Source: Malacoraja senta (Eukaryota). Taken from it: a DNA stretch of 64,000 nucleotides. The translations under genes were made by a program, and so were the position numbers. Shown piece after piece: positions 63,241 through 64,000 of this stretch. The notes beneath the pieces were generated by a model. That model saw nothing but the letters and a program-made list of their open reading frames with translations, made no database searches and was not told the origin of the DNA. The stretch is from positions 1-64,000 of the forward strand of contig JAXLNO010001731.1 in assembly GCA_038087875.1 (NCBI GenBank), read 5' to 3'. Positions within the stretch are counted from its first letter, which is position 1. Every line of letters begins with the position of its first letter.

Positions 63241-63888
63241 TCTGTATAACTTTAACACTCTCATCTTGTATGTGTGTATGTGTGTGTGGGTGTGTGTGTG
63301 TGTATATGTGTGTCTTTATATTTTCACCAAAATGCTACGCGGTAATGATACAATTTTTACATATTCTGACTCGCACTTTCCCCCTCTAAGCAGTGATCAG
63401 CTTCACTTAAGATTTGATGTTATATTTCACGACTTATTGGTGATTAAAGTTTAAAAAAAAGACAAAACTGCCTTTTAAGCTTCGACTGATGACGTCAGAA
63501 TGAGGTGGGCGGCCACAATGGCTCGGGTCGGTGCCCGTTTCACACACAGAATATTCCACGAGCTTCGAGTGACGTCAGGGGGAGGGCCGCATTTAAATTA
63601 ACGTTCCGCTTTTTCCGATCCGGGCTTCTAACAGCGACGCCCCGGCTGGGGTTTTACGCGGCCATCAAGGAGGCATCGAGACCGCGGCGGTGAAGGAGAC
63701 AAGGAGGCGGTGAGGCTTCGCGACGATAAGGCCGCGGAGGCGGTGGGGCCTCGCGACGGTGGTGGGGTCTGTGCACTGACCGTTGGCCCGGCGGGAGTTG
63801 AGCTGGGGTTGCCGCTTCTTCTCCGCGCTGGCTGTGGCCCCAGGCTGGGTTGGGTTATTCATATGACAATAAAACACTCTTGACTCTT
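63241..63888 (+). mobile_element. Composite repeat: Helitron-like 5' end, CpG-rich body and LINE-like tail
   Basis: A|TCTGTATAACT start followed by (TG)n. CpG-rich 63480-63855 with two TGACGTCA. Ends CATATGACAATAAAACACTCTTGACTCTT, like the Rex1 tail at 4998-5027. Confidence 0.4.
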
Positions 63889-64000
63889 CAGAGGTTAAAA
63901 CCCCTTTCAAATGAGTGTTTTTATCCCTTTGCCAGTAGCTTCCTTGACCATAGCTGTTTTTTTCCCATTCTAGTGATTAATGTTCTACTGTTTCATTAAA

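Noticed and set aside
1-64000. CRISPR array, operon or prokaryotic/viral defence system
   Set aside because: No regularly spaced repeat-spacer array and no gene-dense region; the content is vertebrate-type repeats.

Overview
Eukaryotic, AT-rich, almost entirely non-coding DNA. The repeat content (HE1/V-type tRNA SINEs, CR1, Rex1/Babar, RTE and L2 LINE fragments, Penelope-like elements) suggests a cartilaginous fish such as a skate or ray; this is inference, not a database result. No intact multi-exon gene can be built. The window reads like a large intron or gene desert with a few candidate plus-strand exons (16595-16638; possible first exons ending at 38820/38996 and 43011). Almost every listed ORF is a transposon fragment or a chance ORF. 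Best-supported elements: a full-length 1634-bp Tc1 DD34E transposon resembling Passport with two frame-breaking lesions (13783-15416); a second, decayed full-length Tc1 (17511-19123) plus a solo end; a TSD-flanked Penelope-like element with GIY-YIG endonuclease (7681-8727); Harbinger-type MITEs; Helitron-like ends. The most interesting pattern is a dense family (about 15-20 copies in 64 kb) of short, often TSD-flanked, Penelope-derived insertions. They carry a minimal hammerhead-ribozyme motif (CTGAAGA-A-GGG..CCC-GAAA-CGTC), and several occur as fold-back palindromes centred on the ribozyme. Family names rest on motif recognition from memory and need RepeatMasker/BLAST/Infernal confirmation.
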